A stretch of 63,779 nt of DNA, the filler included, from Octopus bimaculoides (taxonomy: Eukaryota): assembly GCF_001194135.2 (NCBI RefSeq). It is 5 parts of 4 records of this genome, joined end to end, with 100 filler letters (N's around TTAATTAATTAA, not from the genome) between each part and the next. Parts side by side here need not be neighbours in the genome. Positions count along the whole stretch, not along the records: positions 27,275 to 52,360 come from NC_069003.1; positions 52,461 to 60,045 come from NC_068981.1; positions 60,146 to 62,602 come from NC_068993.1; positions 62,703 to 63,779 come from NW_026436559.1; 1 more part is not named here. One strand, given 5' to 3'. This document shows, one piece after another, positions 50,606 through 63,309 of this stretch (within the stretch, counting starts at the first letter, position 1; each line of letters begins with the position of its first letter). The translations under genes were made by a program, and so were the position numbers. The notes under the pieces were generated by a model that searched no databases, was not told the DNA's origin, and worked only from the letters and a program-made list of their open reading frames with translations.

Positions 50606-51571
50606 TATCGCTTGCCAGCTGTCTGTGTTATTGGTTATAACACAGTCGTTATTTCTTCCATATTCTTCAGGCAGAATTTCCAGGCAGAACCATCGAATCA
50701 AGGAGCGATATCTCGCTATGTTGAACATTATTAGAAGTAGGTTGACCTTCAAGCATTAAGTACCTGTCGAATTACCTGTAAAGCAGGCAAGGTGATCATT
50801 AAGTTCAGTTAAAAACAGCTAAAAGAGAATGCAATTTCAATGTGCTCGATTGGATAACGAAGTGTAAGGGCAGGCAAGAGACGCAGTTCAAGGCCCGTCA
50901 ATGAGTTCGTTATTAAAACTGGTACTTAAATGAATATATTTTTAATATTGTATATATCAAATTAATCCTTAATTTGCTTCTATATTCATTTATATATTTA
51001 TTTATGCACATAAATATATATNNNNNNNNNNNNNNNNNNNNNNNNNNNNNNNNNNNNNNNNNNNNNNNNNNNNNNNNNNNNNNNNNNNNNNNNNNNNNNN
51101 NNNNNNNNNNNNNNNNNNNNNNNNNNNNNNNNNNNNNNNNNNNNNNNNNNNNNNNNNNNNNNNNNNNNNNNNNNNNNNNNNNNNNNNNNNNNNNNNNNNN
51201 NNNNNNNNNNNNNNNNNNNNNNNNNNNNNNNNNNNNNNNNNNNNNNNNNNNNNNNNNNNNNNNNNNNNNNNNNNNNNNNNNNNNNNNNNNNNNNNNNNNN
51301 NNNNNNNNNNNNNNNNNNNNNNNNNNNNNNNNNNNNNNNNNNNNNNNNNNNNNNNNNNNNNNNNNNNNNNNNNNNNNNNNNNNNNNNNNNNNNNNNNNNN
51401 NNNNNNNNNNNNNNNNNNNNNNNNNNNNNNNNNNNNNNNNNNNNNNNNNNNNNNNNNNNNNNNNNNNNNNNNNNNNNNNNNNNNNNNNNNNNNNNNNNNN
51501 NNNNNNNNNNNNNNNNNNNNNNNNNNNNNNNNNNNNNNNNNNNNNNNATATATATATATATATATACATAT

Positions 51572-51732
51572 ATACGACGGCTTCTTTTAGTTTCCGTCTA
51601 CCAAATCCACTCACAAGGCTTTAATCGGCCCGAGGCTATAGTAGAAGACACTAGTCCATGGTGCCGTAAGACTGAATCCAGAATCATGTGGCTGGGAAGC
51701 AAGCTTCTTACCACACAGCCACACCTGTGCCT
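51572..51732 (-). mobile_element. SINE family B 5' half
   Basis: Matches the head and CORE-like part of 20177-20575. Confidence 0.85.
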
Positions 51733-52329
51733 ATTTTGCAGAAAATTTTACAAGAAATGTCTTCCTCTTGTGGCAAAGACAGATGTACTCGGATCTTCTG
51801 TTCAGTGATCTTAGTGGCTGCTTCAATCTAGAGCTTTTCAGATAAACATACATAGCAAACCTTGTCTCGATGTCCGTGTTATGGGAACACATTCAATTAC
51901 AATGTCCTTTAATGCTGAAACTTCAGGAAATTTAGAAAAAAGAAAAAGAAGCAGAATTGAGAATATGGTTAGATACCACAATGCATCAACAGAGCAATTA
52001 GATGCAAATTATGCTTATCTGAGAAGCTACAGATCCTTGAACAGTAATCAAAATTACTGAACAGAAAGTCCGATACCTTGTCTCTTTCTTATCGTAGTCA
52101 GGTATTTCTCTCTGTAATCGTAGACAGGTATTTTTGTTCCGGAAAATTTCCGTATCCAGGCTGTATAGCCTCATCTGTCGGCTGCCTGCAGTGCTAATCC
52201 CTTCAGGAGTAGCAGTAAAACGTTAACAACTCAATAACAGTTATGCTCCATTACTAATGACAGTCATGAATGCACGATGTATGTATGTATGTATGTATGT
52301 ATGTATGTATGTATGTATGTATGTATGTA

Positions 52330-52360
<31 letters not shown>

Positions 52361-52474
52361 NNNNNNNNNNNNNNNNNNNNNNNNNNNNNNNNNNNNNNNN
52401 NNNNTTAATTAATTAANNNNNNNNNNNNNNNNNNNNNNNNNNNNNNNNNNNNNNNNNNNNATATATATATATAT

Positions 52475-52511
<37 letters not shown>

Positions 52512-52950
52512 TCGTACACGCATACACACACACACGCATATATGTATGCATTATCAACATATTTTGTTAGTTATTTATTATGAAATTTTTGTAACAACAT
52601 CGTTGCTGATAGTGAAGAGAGAATTGGCGACACATAAGAAGCTAAGATTGTACGTAACTTGATTAAAAGGTCAAATGCAGTCTTAATTCTTGGCCTAACT
52701 TCTTGGTTTGTCGACAGCAAGACTGGGTCCAATGCCTTTCCAATGACAACTACATGATGATTGAAGGAAAGGAGAGGGGAAATGGAGACTTGGATCCATG
52801 TATCAAGATAAATTACTCTTTTGTCAGGGTTTGTCTTTGTAGGTTGGGGAGATACAAAATAAGATTTTGATTACAATGACACGAGAGCATTAGCCTTCAT
52901 TAATCTTTCACGGCCATCAACACCTCACAGGAGACTTATCACCAATGACG

Positions 52951-53010
<60 letters not shown>

Positions 53011-54636
53011 TGATTGAAAAAATGAAATATATTGTGGAGGGGAAAAAGTACATGAAACATTACGTAGATGTCTCAATTTTATTCTGTCTTTACACACAAA
53101 AACACGCTCGCATCCACCACACACACGCGCACGCGCATGCACAAATGTGAACTTACACACACTCAAACTTAATCATACGCGCACGAACCCCCTGTGTATA
53201 TGTGTTTTAAGTTTTTAGTACTGAATAGATATTTTAGCGTGGTGCTTCTCAAAATTTATTGATTGTTGCTTTTTTTATTTTATGAAGACCTTTCCCATTC
53301 CCGTTGTTATGATTCAACGACCTCCATTTTAAATATAAAAATACGTGATAGTAATAATGAAAGAGAGAGAGAGAGAGAGATATAGAGAGATAGAGAGATG
53401 CATCACTATTTAGCCAACCTTTGGTATGTACCTTCGGCCAATATGTATTTTTCTTTAGCTACCTGCTGAAATTTATTTTTCTATTCTGTTATACAGTTCT
53501 ACTATCCGTGAATTCGCACACATATATATTGATTTCTCTGTCCACGTACAAATTTATACATCTCTGTTTAAACACGTCGGTAGATTATGAGATCGACCAA
53601 TTATATTCATAGCAAGAATCAACAATATTAAAGGACGCACATTTGTATATATATGCGTATACAACTTAGAACATTATCTAACTTCCTTTATGATATGTAT
53701 GGAAATATCCACCAATTTTGACTGTGTCTATTATAATATCCTTTAGCTTATTGTGTATAATTTATATGCAGAGGTGGTATCTATTTGGCTTTATCTGTTT
53801 ACCTATTCATATTTCGATGTAATTATCATTGTTAACATTTGTTATTGATATTCTTAGTGCGGATGCTGCAGTGACTGTAGTCTTACAAACAGGTTATCAT
53901 AATACCGCGTTTAATTTTCTAAAGTTATTATTTAACCTCGTAACGTACACATTTTTGCTTTTCAATTTCCATGCAAAATGTATCATATTTTTTTTTATTA
54001 CTTATTTTGAATCTGTATATAAGGAAGAATAAGTATACAAATTAACTTTGAATCAGTTATGACTTATTTTGAAGTTACTGATAGAAATGTTAGTTACTGA
54101 TAGTTAATGATAGAAAATAGGAATAACATTATGAACAAAGTATTTCAGGCTAGAAATAAGTGACAGATACCTCAGTGTACACTGAACGTATATTTTCGTT
54201 CAGATATATATTTACTACACATCTCCGAACGGAAATATACAGGATAATATGTTAAGAGATTTAACAGGCGACGATGACTAAAAAAAAAACTGTACAGATA
54301 CATCTACAGGCCCCTTTATTCCAGATACCCATATAATAATTTGCACCGCCCTTCTCCAGAGGCGGTACGGGCCACATTGAAAAGCACTGTTTTAGAGTGT
54401 GTTTATCTGGACGAAGCTAAGGTATATTTATTTGTACGAAGCTAGTGATTCGGTCTTTTTTTTTATTTGGGCTTTTTCCTGCTACTGGCAATCTGTTAGA
54501 CTACAACGAAAATTGAATCATTTTCATTTCCACCTTGAGGAATAGCATTGAGTGAAAAATTCTTGAAAGCAATAGACAAACATCAGTTTCATGCGTAAAT
54601 GCATACATATATTCATACATATCTGTGCACACACGC

Positions 54637-54690
<54 letters not shown>

Positions 54691-54843
54691 NNNNNNNNNN
54701 NNNNNNNNNNNNNNNNNNNNNNNNNNNNNNNNNGGGGGGGGGGGTGTATGCATAATGAATTCAAATAAACGAATAAAATTAACGCACAACAAGAGGATGT
54801 GCACAAGGAATATATTAGCTTGACGCTCGGTGAAAAGATACAA

Positions 54844-54876
54844 TTTAACGTTTCGAGTATAGCTCTTCGTCGGAAA
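54844..54876 (-). ncRNA. Degenerate minimal hammerhead-like motif (core U4>C)
   Basis: The reverse complement is TTT-CCGACGA-A-GAG(CTATA)CTC-GAAA-CGTT-AAA, with the AACGTT palindrome. Confidence 0.45.
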
Positions 54877-55739
54877 GGAGAAAGGGAAAAGTCTAAAGAA
54901 GGAAAAGAAATCGCCAACAGTACATATATATATATATATATGTATTTATACATATATCAGTACATATTGTAATACATATATAAATACAGCCACACACACA
55001 CACACAATTTTAAGTAAACTGCATTCGTCCTACTTTGGTTCATATGGGTTTGATCGCTATATAAATTCTAGCATGTATTCAATTTAAGTTTTTCTATTCC
55101 ATGCCTATTTATTTAGAAATTGTTTGAAAAATCGAGACTCATTTACTTACTCGATAACTTAATATGATACTCAATATATTTCTTGCTTGTAGATTCATCA
55201 GCGAAACTAAAAGGAGAACAAAAAATTATACAAAAAAAAAAAAAAGCAAACAAGGACGTCTATGACCAAACAAATTCTTATGGATATTTAAAAGAAAAAA
55301 AACTTTAAAAGTGTTTCAATATTTCTAAGCACACTATTCATGAGTTCTTTTTTCGATCGTCATTGAATGCTTTTTTCGTACAGTATTTCCCTGTAATTGA
55401 TGAAGTTTGACTGAAGTTATCTGGTGTTTTCAATGGTCGCTGCCGGGAATAATTTTCGTTTCTCTCCGATGTTGATTGCATTTTAAAGATATTTGTCCTG
55501 AGTGGATATCTGAGAATAAATATCGCAGTAACTTGCTTATCAACACTTTATATACATTAAATATGATACATAGCTATTTCAGCTAGCTGCTCCTTCAATA
55601 GCGTATACCGGATTTTTATCCATAGTCAGTTACATTTTCACACAGGAGGTATTGTGATTCAATTTCAAAATTCCTTTAATGATCCCCATATTACGGTGCA
55701 AGAATTTTGCTTTGTAATATGGTGATCATCAAGCGCATT

Positions 55740-56639
55740 TATGTAATATGTAGTATTTTGGATTGACTGCTTAGTTTATCAGCAATATTACAGTGTTCCA
55801 GCATTTAATTTTGAAGCAGCATTTATTCTTTTTGAAAATCACCCAATAAATGTCCCTGGCAAATGAAGATTATTATTCGTATTTGAATACATAGCATTAA
55901 TTTCTTTTCATAATACTTATCTCACAACTAGATGCTAACTGAAAATGTAATTTTCCTGCAAGCAAAAATACATTCAATTGCTTCTTAATCTACATGTGGT
56001 TGAAAGTGAATAATTTTCAACGGTTCCTCATCGCCTTTGACTAATTTGTATATTACTTTTTAAGATTCTTTTTGCTAGCGCTAATCTGAGTAACAAGTTG
56101 CAAATTTCGTCTTAAAAGTACTCAAATTTAGAAGGGATTTCTTCAGCGGTATGGGAACATGCTAAATGAAGAGAATGGCAAATGCATTTTATGAGAATCA
56201 AGTATGGATTATAACATGTGGAGAGAGGATTATCAACGCCCCAAAATTTTGTTTCGTCTGATGCAACAGCAAAACAGTTTTTTTTTAAATATTAATTCCA
56301 ATATAACATGGTGAACGGGCAGAAAATTTAGTATGTCGGGCATAATACTTAGCGGTGTTTAGTTCGCCTTAACGTTTAGATCAAATTCCGCCAAAGTCGA
56401 CTTTGCCTTTCATCCTTTCGGTGTCGATAAAATAGTACCAGTTGAATACAGTGGTCGATGTAGACGACTTACCCCTCCCCTGGAATTGCTAGACTTGTGC
56501 CAAAATTTGAAACTGATATTAATTTCAACGTTGCTCACGAATTTAACGTGAACTCTTCGGCAGTAGTTTTTGTAACGGAAATATTCCTAAAAGTTGTGAT
56601 ACAATATATTTTGTTATTTATATCTAACACACACTCACA

Positions 56640-56709
<70 letters not shown>

Positions 56710-56905
56710 AAAATGCTTTTCACAGGCAATATCATTTGACTCGTCCAAGACCAATAAAAATTCACTGTTACCTAAGTCTTCAAATTTTTCTTTCAGTATG
56801 GAGGAACGAGCACAGTTCTTAAAACTGAATACTGTGTATTTTCTTCTGTGTGTATTTTCTTCAATAAGCTGGAATCGATGATGACATGATTCTTTTATCA
56901 ATAAG
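55740..56905 (-). mobile_element. Degraded hAT transposase, interrupted by a SINE A (56308-56520) and a (CA)n tract (56626-56706)
   Basis: Collinear minus-strand motifs: EDLGNSEFLLVLDESNDIACEKH (about 56710-56790, first catalytic Asp); NPYLILIKCICHSLHLACSH (about 56140-56215, CxxH); KGDEEPLKII (about 56005-56037); KLHFQLASSCE (about 55921-55956). Confidence 0.78.
56308..56520 (+). mobile_element. SINE family A inserted in the hAT fossil
   Basis: Head, core and tail are present. Confidence 0.85.
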
Positions 56906-57118
56906 TTCTATTAAATGATCGATGCAATAAACATTTGCATAATCAGCTACAAATATTGATAACCGTAGTTCTAATTTTTCGACAAGGGGTGAAAAAACTG
57001 CTTTGGAAGATTGAATTTCATCTTATTGCAACACTATTTTTATGCTAAACTTAAGAAGCACGCGTTGTTAAACCGGCTTTGTGAGCTCCTTCTTCATTAT
57101 CGTGTACTTCACAAAAAC

Positions 57119-57151
<33 letters not shown>

Positions 57152-57180
57152 CACCATCATCATCATCATCATCATCATCA

Positions 57181-57233
<53 letters not shown>

Positions 57234-57261
57234 GTTGTTGTTGTTATTATTATCGTACATT

Positions 57262-57478
57262 AAAGGCGGTGAGCTTGCAGAATCGTTAGCACGCCGGGCG
57301 AAATGCTTAGAGGTATTTTGTCTGCCGCTTCGCTCTGAGTTCAAATTCTACCGAGGTCGACTTTGCTTTTCATCCTTTCGAGGTCGATGAATTAAGTACC
57401 AGTGAAACTCTGGGGGTCGAAGTAATTGACTAGTCCTCTCCCCTCAAATTTCAGGCCATGTGCCTATAGTAGAAAGGA
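57262..57478 (+). mobile_element. SINE family A with tail F
   Basis: The tail CAAATTTCAGGCCATGTGCCTATAGTAGAAAGGA resembles 43365-43400. Confidence 0.88.
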
Positions 57479-57571
57479 TAATTATCGTACTTTACTTCTA
57501 TGACCCAATTTGATAATTCCTGGATAAAGCAGTCGTAGTTTATGAAATTTTCTATCGTTTTCAAAGAAATA

Positions 57572-57906
57572 CACCTTCTATTCGACTTACGACCAAATAC
57601 CGATCCGACTTACAGGTCGTAAGTCGATCTGGTGGTATGTCGGATTTATATTTTTCGACACTATTTTCATTCAAACGCAACTGATGCTTGAAAGCGACTG
57701 AGAAGCAGTGTTAGGCAGTAGATGCTTGGGTCTGAGGGAGGCCTACGTTGCCAAATGTTGCCATAGTTATCGTACGCGTCGCTGCCCAACGTCCGAAAAT
57801 CGATCATGCATTTATATATTTATTTATTTATTTTATTCCCTTATTTTTTGTGGTCTTAAGTGCGGTTGGTCGCAAGTCGCATAAGAGGTCGTAAGTCGAG
57901 GAGGTG
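57572..57906. mobile_element. Tc1/mariner superfamily (Tigger/pogo-like) MITE, 335 bp
   Basis: Flanked by TA at 57570-71 and 57907-08. TIRs are CACCTTCTATTCGACTTACGACC and GGTCGTAAGTCGAGGAGGTG. Extra internal copies of the GGTCGTAAGTCG motif are present. Confidence 0.8.
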
Positions 57907-58471
57907 TACTCGCGTGCTCAGATTTCAGCGACTCATGAGCGTAAGGTTTGATTTTACTCAATGGATCGCCCCCGTTCCTGCTACGTAACTAAGTAAATGC
58001 TGTCAACAAATTTCGGTTCATATTTTTATATCAAACAGTCTCTACGTGTTCATGCGAAATGCTAGAAACAACAGAAAAATATTCCTCGAATTTTATTCTA
58101 CCTCATAATTTGTCAATGAATTTTACTGACTGACAAAGTATATTATTAAGATAAGCATTTAAATAAATTACAAAAATAAAGAATTCTAGCCCAAAATATT
58201 TTTAAGTAGTTCAAAAAGTAGCAATTTCATAAATGTGTATATATAAAAAAAAGGGGATGCGCTGAAAAGAAGCATAATTTCCTACATGTAGTCTAATTTG
58301 TTAATATAATTTCGTATACTGTTTCCTAGGAGGAGGACGAGATGCGTACGGCTGGAATGCGATGGACCATAGGTCAGCTCGTGCTAGGCTAACCTGATGC
58401 TAAATAACAACGATTAAAAACAACACACACACACACACACTCTCACACACACAGACACAGACACACACACA

Positions 58472-58519
<48 letters not shown>

Positions 58520-58818
58520 TATGTATGCATGTCTGCAAACTGTCATCATTTTTTTATGTATGTATGTATGTATGTATGTATGGATGTATGCACATACTTG
58601 TTGTGTGTATGTATGAATGTATTTACGAATGTGTGTACGTACATATATACACTCCGATACACACACACACATACACACTCAGACACACACGCATACAAAT
58701 ACACACACACACACAGACCTATATACGGTGTAAAAATGAAAATGAAAACATGAAGATAAGGTAAGAAAGTAAACGCAGAAGATATATTAGGTTTCCGCTG
58801 AAGAAAAATTAAAAGAAG

Positions 58819-58856
58819 TCTTTTACATTTCGAGCATACGCTCTTCTACAGAAAGA
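58819..58856 (-). ncRNA. Minimal hammerhead-like motif (core variant CUGUAGA)
   Basis: The reverse complement is TCTTT-CTGTAGA-A-GAGC(GTAT)GCTC-GAAA-TGTA-AAAGA. It has a perfect 5-bp stem I, a 4-bp stem II with tetraloop and a GUA triplet. Confidence 0.5.
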
Positions 58857-58927
58857 ACAGACGAGAAGTGTAAAGCGTGGTGAAGGAAAAGAACAAATGT
58901 ATGTCAATTGACGCACACACACATATA

Positions 58928-58960
<33 letters not shown>

Positions 58961-60226
58961 NNNNNNNNNNNNNNNNNNNNNNNNNNNNNNNNNNNNNNNN
59001 NNNNNNNNNNNNNNNNNNNNNNNNNNNNNNNNNNNNNNNNNNNNNNNNNNNNNNNNNNNNNNNNNNNNNNNNNNNNNNNNNNNNNNNNNNNNNNNNNNNN
59101 NNNNNNNNNNNNNNNNNNNNNNNNNNNNNNNNNNNNNNNNNNNNNNNNNNNNNNNNNNNNNNNNNNNNNNNNNNNNNNNNNNNNNNNNNNNNNNNNNNNN
59201 NNNNNNNNNNNNNNNNNNNNNNNNNNNNNNNNNNNNNNNNNNNNNNNNNNNNNNNNNNNNNNNNNNNNNNNNNNNNNNNNNNNNNNNNNNNNNNNNNNNN
59301 NNNNNNNNNNNNNNNNNNNNNNNNNNNNNNGTGTGTATGTATATATGTATGTATATATATATGTATATATATATATATATGTATATATATATGTATATGT
59401 ATATATATATATATGTATATATATATATGTATATATATATGTATATATATATGTATATATATATATATGTATATATGTATATATATATTATGTATATATG
59501 TATATATGTATATATATATATGTGTATATATATATGTATATATATATATGTGTATATATATGCCTCATATATATACATAAAGTTTAGAATATAGGCAGCT
59601 GATGAAGGAAAAGTTCCATAAGTAGCTCGTCTCTTTTCCTATGTGTTCATTCTGTTGTCTGTAAAAAAAGTCCGTTTTTGTGTTTTATGTTCCCGTTCTT
59701 TTTTTTGACGTCCTGTACCCGGATATGCATCTATATATACATGTAGATGTAGGTATGTACATATATGTATGTATACATGCATATGATCATATATCATCTG
59801 TATTATTAAATAAGTATATAGATATGTATATATATTTATATGTATATATGTATATATATGCATATATGTATATGTATGTATATATATGTAAGATGTATAA
59901 GAATATATATATATGTATATATGTATATATATATGTATATATATATGTATGTATATATGTATATACATATGTACATATGTAAATATATATATGTATTTAT
60001 ATGCATATATGTATATATGTATACATATGTATATAGATATATATGNNNNNNNNNNNNNNNNNNNNNNNNNNNNNNNNNNNNNNNNNNNNTTAATTAATTA
60101 ANNNNNNNNNNNNNNNNNNNNNNNNNNNNNNNNNNNNNNNNNNNNATATATATATGCAGTATACTTTGGATTAAGCGCATTCATAGATATTTACAGACAT
60201 CAACAAGCAAGTAAAATGACAGATAC

Positions 60227-60319
<93 letters not shown>

Positions 60320-60332
60320 TAGACAGACAGAC

Positions 60333-60411
<79 letters not shown>

Positions 60412-60748
60412 AAAAATATAAACTGCATTATTCTTATGTTGAGCACGAAATTGAATATGACAGTTTCTTGTTACACGTGTTTATATGTATTTATGCTAGA
60501 ATATATATTTACTTATGCATTTGCATATGGATATTTGTATGTGTTTATATATCAATAATATGTATGATCGCACAGGTATATATATACATATAATATGTAT
60601 ATATGTATGAATATACGCTTGAGCGGGTGTGGGGATTCAAAAAATCTCTCACAGAATGCAAAAAACAAACAGCTAAAATCTAACATATATATATATATAT
60701 ATATATACACACGCATACACACATACATACATACATACATACATATAC

Positions 60749-60814
<66 letters not shown>

Positions 60815-61589
60815 ATGGTGTGTGTAATCTTCAAGTTTTATTCTACACTCATGCAGAGATAAACAACATTACCAGAACATGTGTTCATATATTCTATATC
60901 GTTTGTGATAAAAGGAATGGCACATATTACAGCTGCCAGAGATGTTGATGGCATGCGTAGAAAGTGGAACAGTCCTGTAACCGCGCAATATATGTATGAG
61001 AGAGGGATAGAGAGAGAAAAAGAGCGAGAGAGAAGGACATAGAGAGACGTGTGTATATATATATATATGTATATATATATACATATATATATACATATAT
61101 TTATATATATATATANNNNNNNNNNNNNNNNNNNNNNNNNNNNNNNNNNNNNNNNNNNNNNNNNNNNNNNNNNNNNNNNNNNNNNNNNNNNNNNNNNNNN
61201 NNNNNNNNNNNNNNNNNNNNNNNNNNNNNNNNNNNNNNNNNNNNNNNNNNNNNNNNNNNNNNNNNNNNNNNNNNNNNNNNNNNNNNNNNNNNNNNNNNNN
61301 NNNNNNNNNNNNNNNNNNNNNNNNNNNNNNNNNNNNNNNNNNNNNNNNNNNNNNNNNNNNNNNNNNNNNNNNNNNNNNNNNNNNNNNNNNNNNNNNNNNN
61401 NNNNNNNNNNNNNNNNNNNNNNNNNNNNNNNNATATATACATGTAGACATACATTAGCATGTATGCATGAATCTGTTTACCTATGTATGCATGTATATGT
61501 GTATGTACATTGGGGAAACGTTTTTTTTTTTCTATTTCCCAATAGTTTATAGAACCTACAACTAATTCAGTAACAAAGACTGGATTTTA

Positions 61590-61745
61590 AAATTCCGGGT
61601 GTATTTTCTCTAAAACATTTATCAAATAACAATCACCAGTGTACTTAGACATACAGATATAAATGGAAATCAAACAGCAGATGAATTAGCCGCAAGGGAT
61701 TCACAAAAAGAAGTAATAGATATCCATCCTAAACGAAATCATCTG
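61590..61745 (+). mobile_element. RNase H C-terminal remnant of a non-LTR retrotransposon
   Basis: SLKHLSNNN / ITITSVLRHTDINGNQTADELAARDS resembles the LINE RNase H motif I.WVPGH.GI.GNE.AD.LA. The fragment is short. Confidence 0.55.
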
Positions 61746-61817
61746 TAGAAAGACTAAAAGTGGATGTCTCAAGAGATAGATTATTCGTTATCTCAACCTT
61801 ATAAAGCTATGTTTTGG

Positions 61818-61949
61818 GATAATTTAGTCCTAGATACGTTATGTTCTTCGAATAGTGTAGTCTTTGATACACTGAGTAGATTAGATAATGCAGTCCTAGA
61901 CACACTACATCTTTTAAATAACGTAATCCTAGATACGCTCTATCAGGTA
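61818..61949 (+). repeat. Degenerate 33-bp minisatellite x4 (consensus about RATAAYGTAGTCCTAGATACRCT..)
   Basis: Units start at 61818, 61851, 61884 and 61917; a related motif lies at about 62010-62030. Confidence 0.85.
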
Positions 61950-62552
61950 GGTAAAATTGTCCAATACTGCACTATGATAAATGGCTTATGTTGTCCATCA
62001 TATCAATAGGATTATACAGTCCTAGATAACGGTCAAAGGTAATGTATAAAATATATCAGATATTAAACGAGTTTAGTAAAGGCTTTCTTGGTTCTGAACG
62101 AACGATAATTCGTTGAACTACATCCTATCAGCAACAGGTCGCATGACATCAGGTTCATGCTCATATGGAGATTAATCAGAAAACTTATGGCATTATATGT
62201 GCATGCAAGAAACTACCATTCTCAAGAAAACATTATAAAACAGTTCTTCAAGAAACAAGAAAATGTAAGAGGTACATTTTTTTCTTTGGAAAACAAATCA
62301 TCATCAAAAGAGAAACATTTAACTGTTTCTTGTAATGTAATTTTTTCCCTTTATCTTCATTATTTTAGTTAATTATATTTTTGTTTTTGTTCGTTCGTAT
62401 AAGGGATATTAAACACATTTCTCAGTCTGTCAAAACGTACCAGTTTTACAACGCACTCATGCACACACAGTTTTTGTGTGTGCATATGTGTTCGCATGTA
62501 AGTATGTATCTATTTGTCAATCTATTTATCTGTCTGTGTATGTGCATAAATG

Positions 62553-62602
<50 letters not shown>

Positions 62603-63196
62603 NNNNNNNNNNNNNNNNNNNNNNNNNNNNNNNNNNNNNNNNNNNNTTAATTAATTAANNNNNNNNNNNNNNNNNNNNNNNNNNNNNNNNNNNNNNNNNN
62701 NNATGATGATGATGATGATGAAGATGATGATGATGGTGGTGGTGGTGGTTGTGACTCACACAATAGGTATTGTTGTTATTTTGTAGTATTGGCAACGCCG
62801 GTTAGTACCAGTTGTAATGGTGGTAGTACCGATTACGATGGGGGAGATGGGGAAGTAGGTGGAGGGTGGGGGTGGGCGGCGGACTGGTTCCAGTATTATT
62901 AGTACAGTAATGATAGCAGTCGTGGTAATAGTAGTAGTAGTAGTAGTAGTAGTAGCAGCAGCAGTAGCTGTAATAGTAGTAGTATTAGTAGTGGTAGCAG
63001 TGATCGTAGCTGTAATAATAGTAGTAGTAGTAGTAATAGTAGTAGTAGTAGAAGTAGTAGTAGTAGTAGTAGTAATGGTGGTAGCAGTAGTAGCTGTAAT
63101 AACTGAAGTAGTTTTAGTAGTAGTAGTAGTACTAATAGTTGTAGTAATAGTAGTAGCAGCAGTAGTAGTACCTGTAATAGCAGTAGCAGCAGCAGC

Positions 63197-63236
<40 letters not shown>

Positions 63237-63309
63237 TGGGTGGAAGTATGTGCGGAGTGAGTGGTGGTACTGGGTCGTGAAAGTGTATAGGAAGAGGTGG
63301 AGGTGGTGG

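Noticed and set aside
54300-54390. CGGGCCACATTGAAAAGCACTG, resembling a hAT right end
   Set aside because: I found no matching left TIR or TSD.
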